Source: Lophium mytilinum | Lineage: Eukaryota | NCBI GenBank assembly: GCA_010093605.1 | Contig: MU004181.1 | Coordinates: 2,232,001 to 2,296,000, forward strand | Reading direction: 5' to 3' | DNA: 64,000 bases | In this document: piece by piece, positions 10,599-22,146 of the stretch | How the letters are laid out: each line of letters opens with the position of its first letter | Position numbering within the stretch: position 1 is the first letter of the stretch | Translations under genes and position numbers: made by a program | Notes under the pieces: generated by a model | Seen by the model: the letters and a program-made list of their open reading frames with translations, nothing else | Database searches by the model: none | What the model was told of the DNA's origin: nothing

Positions 10599-13500
10599 AT
10601 GGCAGAAGACCAGGTTTCTCAGACAGCCATTGTGCCGATCAGCAAACCTTTGACACTTATGTCGGTATTTCTCTGCCTCTGTACCTCTTCTTCGAAACTC
10701 AAATCGATGCTAACTTGCTTCATTCGCATAGTCCCGTTGTGATTAAAGAAGCAGCTCTCGACAGCCCAACCTTTCGCGCGACCGCCGTACACTTTGGCGA
10801 ACAGATCGACCTGATAGAGCGCTGGCTCGAAAACTACATCAAGTCCGTCTCGAAGCTTGCCTCCGAAGTCACAGCGCTCGAGGGCATCGTCAACAACTAT
10901 ATTGCGGCGTCGGCCCCGCCTCTGCAAGTCTCGGAAGCAGTCATCGACCATGACTACACAGCGCTGGCGCTCAAGCGGTTCGGGGAGGGCGCGAAGGAGT
11001 TCTGGGCAGCTACACTACGGGGGATGAAGCGCGCCGAAAATGTGGTTGTAGACCCGATTCGCAGTTTCTTACAGAATGATTTGAGGATGCTGAAGGAGAG
11101 TCGGAAGATACTAGATCAGAGTCAGAAGCAGTTTGACGGGCTGCTTGCGCGGTTTAGCGGCCAAGCGAAGACGAAAGAGCCGAGTTCATTGCGCGAGGAC
11201 GCGTTTCAACTCCATGAGGCAAGGAGAGCCTACTTGAAGGCTAGCATGGATTTCTGCGTTATGTCACCACAGGTTAGGGGCACACTGGACAAATTGATGG
11301 TGCGGGTGACTTCGGATCAGTGGCGGGATATGAAAGGCGCGAGGGAATCGTCGTCGAGCGCCTTCACGAAATATAGCGTGGAGATGGATCGAGTAAGGGG
11401 GTGGAGCAGGGAAATGGAGAACGGCGAAAGAGTGTTCAAGAGGGAATTGCATATGGCAAGAAAGGAGATTGAGGCCAATGCGGAGCTAGCTGCAAGACCT
11501 TCGAGGGAGCTGGACTACTACGCGGCATCGACAGTGCCATACCTCGGATCACAAGGCCAATCGTCTGGTAATACCCCATCGCCGGCGAAGCCTCACCCCG
11601 AGAAAGCAGAGAAGCAGAGCTGGCTCTATCAAAGGACAATCACAGGGAAACCGGCGAGGGCTGTATGGGTCAGAAGATGGTTCTTCGTGAAAAATGGAAT
11701 ATTCGGCTGGCTGAACCAGGGCTCAAGATCTGGCGCCGTGGAAGAATCTGAGAAGATCGGAGTGTTACTGTGTGGCATTCGGCCTGCGTTTCAAGAAGAA
11801 CGGCGGTTCTGTTTCGAAGTCAAGACCAAGGACACGACCATTTTGCTCCAAGCCGAGACCCAGAGCGAGCTTATCGACTGGATTGCAGCGTTCGAGGGGG
11901 CAAAGCGAAAGGCTTTGGAAGATACCGCGAGAACAGACACGCCTGCTGGCTCCCAGAGACTCGATGCTGCATTTTCAATAAGTCCACCCATTGCCCCAGA
12001 GTTTGCTGCAAGAACTGCAGATGGTCATGTTTCTCATCTTAGTGATGAGCTCGGTCCTGTGGAAAGATCCGAAACTCTACCAATACCTGGAGTGGAGGGT
12101 GGCCTTGCTACTCGAGGCAGCTTTGACGTTTCTCAATCACGCCGGGGCACCGGATTTGATAGAGATGGTGAGAGTAGCAGTCGAGATCACGCGGCAAGAA
12201 TCATCCAGAAACTGGATCTACACCGCAAATCTACTATCAATCCTCAGGTAACTGGAAATGCACCGACACCAGCTACAGGGGGCATAGCCAGCTTGATATC
12301 CTCAAGCCTGATGTCAGCTAGTCATAACATACTGCCTGCAGCCCAACAGATTGCTTCACCAGCGCCGGGAATACCAGACCCCAGACTTGCATCCGTGCAG
12401 AATATTCCTACTAGCAGTCTTTCTCCCTCCACTCTTGCAAACCCCCCAACGGCAACGAACTTGAGTAAAGCTGCTGTCGCCATTACTGGAGAGCGCGGTA
12501 TTGCGCTTAGTAGAACGGATGGAGGCATGCCTGGGGGTTTGATGGCAAATCTGTGGGGCTCCATGAATTGGGGTTACATTAACCGCCTCGAAAGGGGAGA
12601 GGTGCAGCCATCCCACGAGCGGAGCCTGTCGCAGCCTCCAAGCCCTATCGGTCGCTCCCCTGCCCTTCTACCAATAGATCGTGCTGCAGACGTATCATCG
12701 CCAGCATCGCGGAGCGAATCTCCCGCGCCTTCTGCGCATCGAAAAACGATGAGTCTTGGTGGGCCTATTCCCTCTGCAGTACAACGGCCCTCCATTGTCA
12801 CAGATGACTTTCCGAACTACTACCCGATTCCACTCCGAGTCCAGGATGCTCAATTCCGAATGCTCTTTCCTAATGTTCTTCGCGAGGACAAAGTAGTTCT
12901 AGTTTTCCGAGCTGTATGGAACCCGACGGACCAGCAGGAGTTTCCCGGGCGAGTCTACGTGACAGCCCGAGATATGTACTTCTACAGCAACTACCTTGGC
13001 TTAGTTTTGATCACTGGGCTCGGGCTTGCTTCCGTTGACGAGGTTACTGCGGCCCCTGGAAAAGACTGCGACTTTCTATTCGTACACTTCAAGGACCGAT
13101 CGAGGCCGGATGAGGCGACAAGGGTCACGATCAAAACCTTCTTGGAACCTCTGAGACTCCTCCAGCGACGGCTCAACTATCTCGTCCGCAACGCCAACCA
13201 CCAAGACACCAGTTTAGAAGACATTCTCAAACATCTCATTCGGATGGAAGTTGACGAAAACGCTCACAGCCCAAGCGCAGAGAGCTGGGAGGATGTTTCG
13301 GTCAACACACCCATGGATGGTTATGGCGGCAAAGATGTCAAAGCAAGTCTGCGAATTGATGGTAATCTGTTCTCCAGTCCGGGTGCCATACCTGTCAGTA
13401 AGAACGCTACCAAGTTCAAGTTGCCTTCGCAACCAGTCTTGTATGCCCCTGCTGGCATGACGCAGGTCGCAGTCGAAAAAGAGCTTCCTATCAGCTCGAA

Positions 13501-14896
13501 ATCATTGTTCCACATACTGTTTGGAGACAAGAGTACCATATTCCAGATGCTCTATAGGGATCGATGGGCAGAGCGGATCGTTCAGAGCCCATGGGTGCAG
13601 CTTGATGCAGGGCTGCAACGGCGGGATTTCGAATACGAAGTCGCGTTGGGGGACAAGGCTGGCTCGGCACAAGCAATGGTGGTGAACGACTACCAAATCA
13701 TCGAGGTCTATAACGACCATCTTTGCTACTGCGTCGCGGATAGGAAGACGCCTTGGCATCTGCCTCTATCGGACCACTTTACCCTTGTTAGCAGGATCGT
13801 TATAACGCACGTGGCGAAATCGCGATGCAAGCTGGCCGTATACACCAAAGTCGATTGGTCGTGGACGCCGAAGTTCACTCGCAGCTTGATCGAGAAGCAA
13901 GGTCTTCGCGATCTTGAACTCGATGCACTAGACCTGGCAGACGTCATAAGCGAACAAGTGGAGAAGCTTGGGAGCAATGTTCGGACTGGTAAAGTGATTT
14001 CGATCTTTGGTCAAGTTGGGCAGGCGAATCAAGCCACGCAGTTACCTGCATCGGAATTACCGGTCTCAACACGTCCACGACGGTTCAAATTGAAGAGACG
14101 CAGTCTTGCCTCTGTGGTATTCAAGCTCTCAGCCATTATTGCTGTCAGCGCAATAAATACGCTGCTCGGGTGGCTAATAGCTGCACTGAACGGTCTCTTC
14201 GAAGTATGTACAACGCATACGCTACTCATCGGACTATTGGCGCTGAGCGGTACGACGAACTTCTTCTATTCATCGCGGGACTCATACCAGTGGTGGAACG
14301 AACGCAACGCCGGAAAGTTCATGACACGGTTGGGAGTCGGACCGAGCACGAACATGGCACGGACTGTGTATCTGAGGGATGTGGAGGAGAGCGTTCTCGG
14401 ACTCAACCTCACGGAAGGCATGGGAGTGGACGATGGAAACAGATGGTACGATGCTGTTGCTTATACAAGGCTCGACTTCAATTTACTAACGTGTCTCATT
14501 AGCCTCTACACATTCGCAGACCTCCTCAGCAACCCGTATAGCGGGCAAGTTTCACCATTGACCCCGCTGTCGTCCCGATCAACGAAGCAGACGTCCAGCC
14601 GAATCCACCGCACTCGACAGCATTTGGGAGCATATCGACACGATCTTCTGGTATCGTTGCGAGTAGTCAATCGAGTCGAGCGAGAGGTACTAGCAGCCGA
14701 GTACGAGAACTGGCTGCTAGACGAGATGGGAAGATGCGGGCGAATGGAGACGTTGCTGAATTCAACCGAAGTCGGGCAAGAGAAAGGACGGGCAGGGATG
14801 GAAGCACAGGGTGTGAGGACATGGGTAGAGAGCTATTGCGGTGACTGTGAGAGGGAATTAGGCGCGGTGACGGAGCGAGGACGGGGATTCGCATGA
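10599..14896 (+). CDS. SIP3: Sip3/Lam1-family lipid transfer protein (BAR, PH, GRAM-like, VASt/StARkin, TM)
   Basis: Exon 1 MAEDQVSQ...; intron about 10661-10731; then PVVIKEAALDSPTFRA (BAR), WVRRWFFVKNGIF...RRFCFEV (PH), QEFPGRVYVT (GRAM-like), LFHILFGDKS...SRCKLAVYTKVDW (VASt); likely in-frame intron about 14446-14502. Confidence 0.92.
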
Positions 14897-15824
14897 TATC
14901 GATGGCAATTGTATGATGTATGATGTTTGGGCTTGGATGGCTTGCTGCATGGTCCGGGTCTGGGAGCATGGCACGTGCCTGGGATGGCCGTTAGTTTCTA
15001 TTCGTACTATACCACTGTAGACGTTCTCGGACTGGTTGAGCATTTTCCTACTAACATATCTATGTAAGAATTATATGTGTTAAGAGTTCCAAACGGCGGG
15101 TCGCTATCGTCCCAAGTCAGCACAAAGCTCCGCTAGGGCTGACGATGGGACAAGGCGATATGCATATCTGCACCCCCAGCCCAACCATGACAGCCAAGGG
15201 ATGGAGGCTGCACGGATAATTGGCGACACAGGGCTGGCCAGGGGTGCAACGTTGCACAACTGGTATGTCAGCAGTGCATCCTCCTCCTTCCCCTCTTGAC
15301 CTGCAGAGCTGGGTACCTCTCGCAAATAGCATACATAGCATACAGGCCGGCTGCTTCTCGCCATCGCCCAATACGTGCCTGCAGCGCCCAGCACTACACC
15401 ACTACTAAATACGTGCCCTACGAACCGGGGCATGTCTCGCTTCCGACTAGAAGCTTATACCCCAGGCGAAGACAATCGGCAAGACTTCTAGGGCTGCGAC
15501 CATCCTTGTCTATGCTTTTGTCTCACAACCTGCATCCAATCCTCCCGCCTGGATTTGACCTTGCCTCTTCACACGTCTTCTCCATGGGGGCCCTATCCAG
15601 GCTACCCATCCTCCAGCTATCGTCCACCTTAATTGATCGCAGCTAAGACAGTCTGTGGGCCGCTCCCAGCTTCATCAGTCTGCTTCGGCCTTTCACGCGG
15701 CCAGACTACGGCTCTAGCACAGCTGAAGGAATCGAGACAGGACAGGAGCTCAGCTATTGGGCTCTTCATCATCCGCCTCACTTCTTCCTTCTTCCATCTA
15801 GCTCGTGCAGAAACCCACCTGAGT

Positions 15825-18004
15825 ATGACACCAGCCACAGCTGCTGCCCCCAAACGGGTGCGGCGACGGCGCAGGAGGAAGCATGAGGGTCCCCCAACCT
15901 TCCAATTTGTAACCGCCACCGATCCAGAGCAATTCAAAGATCGGGCTACCATGAAAGGTGTCCGCTCGCAGGCCATGATTCAGTATCGGTACAAGCTAGA
16001 TAAGAGCAAGGAAAGCAGCACTCGGTCAACATTCCAACAAACATTTCCGCCAGAACCCTCAGCCTCTACCACCAGCCAAATTACGAGCCGCGATCCAGTG
16101 CCACCTGATACGACCGTCTCCCAGCTACCTCTAAGATTCAGCTTTGCCGATTTCCAGCCTCCAGATCGTAATGCGGAAGAGGACGGCTCTCGGGACATTT
16201 ATCGCTCTTTGCTACAAGATCCTTACTTTATGACCCTGACGGGCTACCGAAAGGCCCTGATTGCTGTCCAGTTAGACTATGCTCGCATCCAGCCTGTTAG
16301 CGACCATGAGACCAACGACGAGAGGGAACTGGCCTTTGTTCTGGGCATTGTTGAGAAGTTGCAGCCATCTTCTTTCCAAGATACTGCTATCACCTATGAC
16401 GGGTCCGATCCTTTTCGCGCTCTACCTCAATTTTCCAGTAAGGGCGTGTCATCAGTAGAACTAATTCGACAGTGTACGTATTTCTTACCTCGTCGTAATA
16501 CAATTTCATCCCTGGCATGCGCGTAGCGAAACAGCGACGAATCATCTGTCCAAGACGATACCATGCTAATTCGCATCTAGCCACCCGATATTTCGTGGCC
16601 TCAACGACCCTCGACGTTTGGGTCCCCATAGTCATGACACACCCATATGCGCTCCTCAGCACTTGCTGCGTCACAAGCACCTATGTTGACATGATGAATG
16701 GTCTTAAGACTGATAGCGAAAAGAGCACTCTGATTAAAAACGAATCTATCGTCTGGATCAATCGTGCGCTATCTAATCAAGCAACTCAGACTACGGATAT
16801 GACCATAATCTTGATACTTCATCTCCTCGCAGGCGAACTACGAAATTGCGATGAGAATGTATTCAGGATCCATGAATCAGGCATTGAGCGTATCATAGTG
16901 CAAAAAGGAGGCATGGATAAGCTTGGTTGGAATGGTGTAGTGGCCGAACTGACTGTGTCGTAAGTCCCCTTGACTCAAGTATTCCTTAATGAATGAGCGC
17001 ACTAATTTGCTCATAGTGTTGTGTATGACACCTATATCTTCACAGAGCGACAGCCAGCTACGATGTTTCAAGACTACATACCAAAACGCGCCAATCCCCT
17101 CACGACATCGACTGCTATCCCCGAATCTCCACTCTACTGCCCACGCTCCGAGTTTTTTACCATTGCAGCAAGCCCTCTCTGCACAGAGCAGATCTATAAT
17201 ATTCTTTCAGATATGCGCGACCTCACTGAGATTTTCCTGTCCCATCAAAATACCCCAGCTACCACCGGAACTCTCAGCGATCTAATTGATCCCCTCTTCG
17301 ACCCCTTGTTCTTCCCAACTTCCAGCCTGCCCGCACCCAATCCCGCCACCGTAGCAGCCTACGAAACCAAACTCACCGCCTTCCAATCCCGCCTCGCTCA
17401 GCATCCATCTGCTCACGCCCCAAACCACGCCCACACCCACAACTGGCTCTATGAAAGCATCCGCCTTGCGGCCGTCATCTACACCGCCGCTCTCGTGAAT
17501 CGAATCCCCCTTTCCGCCGCTTCATATTTCCCCGATCCTGCCTTAACTCCGACGGACACGGCCTCATTCGGGACCCAGCCAACCGATCTCACCGTCTCCC
17601 TCTACGAAACCATGAAACGCACGGATATGACTTCATGTTGGGGCGGTCTCAGCGGCGTCTTCTTTTGCGTCAGCCTCATCGGCGCCGCTGCGTCGAGGAC
17701 GTCGACTATGACTTCTACATTCTTGCCAGCTCGCGGGAACGAACAACAGGTGGGTGGCTTTGGGATGGGGATGGCATCTTCCTTCGAGCACAGCTCGCAG
17801 CCAAGGGGGGAATCTGACGCCTCCTTCGTCTCAACGTCACCACCGCGAGACAAAGGGCGTAGAGAGTGGGCACGACGGTGCATGGTCATGTACACGACGC
17901 GAGTACGAACGGTGTTAGTATTCGGCCATCCCGTCGCGACGATTGCGGCGCAAAAACGGCTATTGGCTGTTATGGAGGTACTGGGGAGGGGATGGTGTCA
18001 GTGA
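15825..18004 (+). CDS. Fungal-specific transcription factor domain protein (Fungal_trans_2-like), no Zn2Cys6 cluster seen; 3 exons
   Basis: Basic KRVRRRRRRK, FQFVTATDP...VRSQAM, DPFRALP, LHLLAGE...HESGIERIIVQKGG, PESPLYCP; introns about 16473-16580 and 16960-17016. Confidence 0.75.
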
Positions 18005-18768
18005 AGTCCGTTAATCTCTGGGGGGTTTGCGTGCATTCTCGGTCGTTTCTGCATGTTTAGCGATGTTTGTGCTATTAATCGTTGACGAAGTGTTGAGTAT
18101 TGATATCCATTCTGATTCACAACTTTCAATGCTCTTAGAACTGTGTCGAGATTCTTGCATTGGTATGACGATCCCCAGAATGGTGCAGGAGCCCCCAAAG
18201 TCATACCCTGTACGCCCTGAAGTCCACTCTTAGGTTATAGTATAGCTCACAAGTCTTACTCGTAGGCTTTAATTTTTTGAATTGCGTGTAGATCTAGGTC
18301 TATCGGGATAGGGGTGCCTCAATGTCGTGTATACCCTCGTGCGACCACACGCCGCACACTTAGATTTACAGCGACAGACCGGATGCCTGTTTACACACAG
18401 TTACCACTGCTTGGGGTTACCCCATAAGATCTTACATAGCTAGGTGTAATGGCAAGTTCCAGGCAGTGCAAATTGGACTGCCCGTTAACTCACTGTCTGG
18501 TAACTAGCCAGGCTACTCCCCTCAGTAGTGTTAAGTAAGCAAGATTGGAGCCAAGCTGTGATAAATTTATGTGCCCAGGTTTATGGCCTACATAGTACGA
18601 TATGTGTGCCAATATATAACACCGTTTGGGGTGGCCTGGCGGGTATTCAAGTCGTTCAACTACATCTCACTCACATCATGACAGTGCCTCGGAGGACCTC
18701 ACACAGTGGCATCCAAGTGTACGCACTCAAGTCCTATTACCACGTTGCCCTAGCACCAACTTTCGTAA

Positions 18769-20511
18769 TCACGCTAAGACCATACTTCCCCCAAAACCAT
18801 CTAAAGCAACGGCCTCATAGACCCCCTCCCTCTTCTCCTTCCTCGCCTCTTCCGCCTCTTCTTTTCCCCAAACCACCCACCCCACCTGCCACGTCCACGC
18901 CGCCACCACCAACCTCGTCACCGTCGCTACATCTCCCACACTATATGGCAGCGGCTTCTTCAGAACTTCCGCCAATTGCGCTCCGAGCGTCTCCCTCCCC
19001 GTCCCCCTAACCCCGGAACTTCCCTCTCTAGCAACCGCCTCCGCATACGCTCCCTCCATCTCCGCCCGACACGCCTCCTCCACCGCCTCCCTCTCCCCCT
19101 CCTCTAACATCCTCACCAGCGCCAAAAGCGCCGCAACATACCGGCTCGACCGCGCCGCTCCGGTCGCAACATCTGTGTCCTCAACACTCGGCGTGTAGCC
19201 CACGTAGCCTGCCGTCCGGAGCCATTTGACGGTATTTTCGACCTTCAGGTAGGGGCCGAACTGCGCCGAGGGCGCATAGATGTGGATCTTGTGGATGAGG
19301 TTCTCGAGCAAAGGGAGGAGACTTCCGAGCGGGCGGCCGGCGGATGTAGTGAAGCGGGCTGCGTGCACTAAGGACGCGGAGGCGAAGGGTGGGAGGCCGC
19401 CTGTGAAGGGGAGCGAGGCGAGGATTTGCGGGAAGGTGGGAGGGGTTGGGGTGGTGAGAATGGTTTGGGGGATGGTGCTTAGTGTGGAGGTGGGGGAGCG
19501 GTTTGGGAACCCGCCCCACGACATGCGGTGGGTGGGGTCGCTGACGGAGTCGTCGGTGCGGCGGCGGTGGTGCCGGGTGGACCAGGACCGGCGGGGGGTG
19601 GAGGCTGGTGTGGTGGCTGTGGTAAGCACGCTGGTGGATCGCTGTGGGAAGGGGCGTGTAAAGGGAGTCGCTTGTCGTGTTAGGGTGTGAAAGGTGGTTG
19701 GCTTGGCGGATGGAAGGCGAGAGAGGTAGGCGGTTTGGTGGGTAGAAACTGGATTAGTGAGGCCAATGGCGCTTTGTCCTCTTTTGAGGAGTGAGAGGGC
19801 TTTAGCATCGACGAAGAGGGCGCGGGTGGTGTCGTGGTCGCTGACGAATGGAATAGAACCGCAGGCCATGTGTTTCGCGAATAGGATCGAGTAGCTGCCG
19901 CCGGGTGCTGGTTGCTGAATGACCGGCGGTGTCTCGTACCGGAGCCGTATCTGGTGGACATTGCTCGACGATGTCTCACTCCGGAGCGACATTCCGAATG
20001 CGCCGCTGCCTTGAATGCTAGGCGTGGCCTTCTCATCATGTGAGTCGACTGTCAGTGGCACACCAAGAACGAATGACAGTGCCACAAGCTCCTCAGGGCT
20101 GATGGAGATGCAGGGCTGGCCATCGACTAGGAGCACGTCTCGGATGTCGTCGGCATGATTATCCGCAGGGTCTGGATCCAATGCGGTGGTACCGAACGGC
20201 TTCAGCGGGCCAAATGATCGATCTCCTGATCGCGACCTCCTTCCGGTAGATGAGTGGCGCCTCTCGGCCGACAGGTCCTCGTTTTCGATTTTTCGGGACT
20301 TCCTCCGTCGCCGAGATCCGGTGGTAGTTTTCGGGAGACTTGTGAAAGACGAGAAGGCTTCAGCTAACGGTCGCCCTTCGGAGAGCTGCGAAAGTAGATG
20401 ATGGCTGTCCCCAGCTTTGAGAATGCCTTGGACGCTCGGTGCCGTGGAAACTGGTTTCTTCGCGACCCACGGCCACGTAGATGCTCGTGATGATGACGAC
20501 GATTTACCCAT
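18769..20511 (-). CDS. Fungal hypothetical protein (about 580 aa)
   Basis: Long uninterrupted ORF from ATG 20511 with globular-looking segments (PCISISPEELVALSFVLG, SILFAKHMACGSIPF). Confidence 0.75.
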   Translation of the reverse strand: MGKSSSSSRASTWPWVAKKPVSTAPSVQGILKAGDSHHLLSQLSEGRPLAEAFSSFTSLPKTTTGSRRRRKSRKIENEDLSAERRHSSTGRRSRSGDRSFGPLKPFGTTALDPDPADNHADDIRDVLLVDGQPCISISPEELVALSFVLGVPLTVDSHDEKATPSIQGSGAFGMSLRSETSSSNVHQIRLRYETPPVIQQPAPGGSYSILFAKHMACGSIPFVSDHDTTRALFVDAKALSLLKRGQSAIGLTNPVSTHQTAYLSRLPSAKPTTFHTLTRQATPFTRPFPQRSTSVLTTATTPASTPRRSWSTRHHRRRTDDSVSDPTHRMSWGGFPNRSPTSTLSTIPQTILTTPTPPTFPQILASLPFTGGLPPFASASLVHAARFTTSAGRPLGSLLPLLENLIHKIHIYAPSAQFGPYLKVENTVKWLRTAGYVGYTPSVEDTDVATGAARSSRYVAALLALVRMLEEGEREAVEEACRAEMEGAYAEAVAREGSSGVRGTGRETLGAQLAEVLKKPLPYSVGDVATVTRLVVAAWTWQVGWVVWGKEEAEEARKEKREGVYEAVALDGFGGSMVLA

Positions 20512-22052
20512 TTTGAGTATCAGGTAGGAAGAGTATTTAGGTAGATAGAGTAGGTGAGATCTCAAAGAAAGACTAGAGAAGTAGTGAGGTGATTGAGAGG
20601 AATGGTGTAATAGTCCTGCAATTGCAGCTTTATGGATGTTCAGAAAATAAAGTCAAGCAGCGGGAGGAAAGGGCGATCTGGGTATTAAGTCTCGGTCTCT
20701 AGTGCAGGCGCTGTTATTCGAGAAAATGCCATACAATTTCCAAAGTGCAGGCGAACTTTAAGATGTGTATAGGTCTGCGAAGAGTGTAATAGCTTTTGCT
20801 TTGGACCAGAATTAGATGTCCAACTATGGCATCCAGATATATATGAGCAATTCTGGGGCACGGCAGGGTGCGGAAGCAAGGAATTCCGAGACGCGAGAAA
20901 GAGTTGTGCGATAAAATTATGATACGCTGAACCAGGCGGAAGACAAATTAAGTATTCGAGATCCCAATTACAAGTGCACGTGCAGTAAACGAAGAGAGGG
21001 TGCATGGAAGACGCTCATTTGTCAGCGGCGAAATTCTCAACCGGAAACCCGGGGGCCTGAGTCTAGCAGAAGTACGCGCTGTAATCCGCGGGCCTGACGG
21101 AGTTTGTGACGAGTAATTATAAAGCGCTGATGGATGCTTGCAAAGGAGCAAGAACATGGCCAAACATAGGACATTATGCCAATGCCTTGAGTCTTGGACG
21201 TGGCGGCTTACTACAGATAAGCAATCCAAGGGCCTGGTATGTCCTTCGCGAACGCCTGAAAATCCCAAGGCGTGCTGTTTCTGTCGTATCACCGTCAACT
21301 TTGGCTTCTTTGAAACAAGCTTCTGTCCAGGTGTTGAGGGAGGATGGGGAAGCTGGCTAGTGGCCCGCCGTTCTGAACAAAGAATGAATGAACAGCCGCC
21401 ACGTTCTACATTCAAAGACACCATCGCATGCGAGGAAAAGGCCCGATCTAGCTTGGGATGGGCGAGGGTTGCCTGGATATGGTAAAGTGGCCGCTCAGAC
21501 GATTTTAGAGACGAGCAAGCCCAGGGCATCAGCCTGCAGATTTCCATGGCGGTGAGTTCAGGACGAAAGATGTGGAGTGACTAAGGAAATACCGCACCCC
21601 TACACTCGTAGGACGTGATCCGATCGGGTACCATGATCGGGGATGGAGAAGTGAGGGGTGGTGTTGAAGACGGCTCCGGAAGTGATAACGGCCGCCTGCC
21701 AAGGCATTAGAGCTAAGCATCCGCGTTTACTTCACGTGCACGCCATCCCTTGAGCTAGATCTCTGGGTTGTCTATTTGCTACCTCGTAAATGCGTTATCG
21801 GTGTATGAGCATGCTGAAATCGTGAGCGTCAGGGCACCAATCTATGTATGTACAGCTCTCTAGTCACCACTGTCTGAGGTGGCCTAGCGAGTTTACTGAT
21901 CTCGCAAAATGCCATATGTTTGGATGAAGTTTGCAAAGGCGTTTCCTGTACCGTTTTGACCGCCTGCATATGGAGTGGTCTGTTCATGCCAGGGAAGTGA
22001 ATGGCCTTGTATAGATCACGTGGCATACATGGCCCGAGCGTCTATCCTCTTT

Positions 22053-22128
22053 ACGCGACGACGCGTGTAGCTACAACTTTCACCACCGCTTTGCACTCCG
22101 CACGAAAACCCACCATGTTTGCTCGCGT
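22053..22128. promoter_or_regulatory. MCB/SCB-like G1/S elements upstream of CTF18
   Basis: ACGCGA 22053, ACGCGT 22061, CACGAAA 22101 and TCGCGT 22123 within 100 bp of a DNA-replication gene start. Confidence 0.55.
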
Positions 22129-22146
22129 AATAAGAACCTGGAACTC

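Noticed and set aside
20685..21720. Several 60-200 aa ORFs in the intergenic region
   Set aside because: Overlapping on both strands, no coherent splice model and no protein-like motifs.
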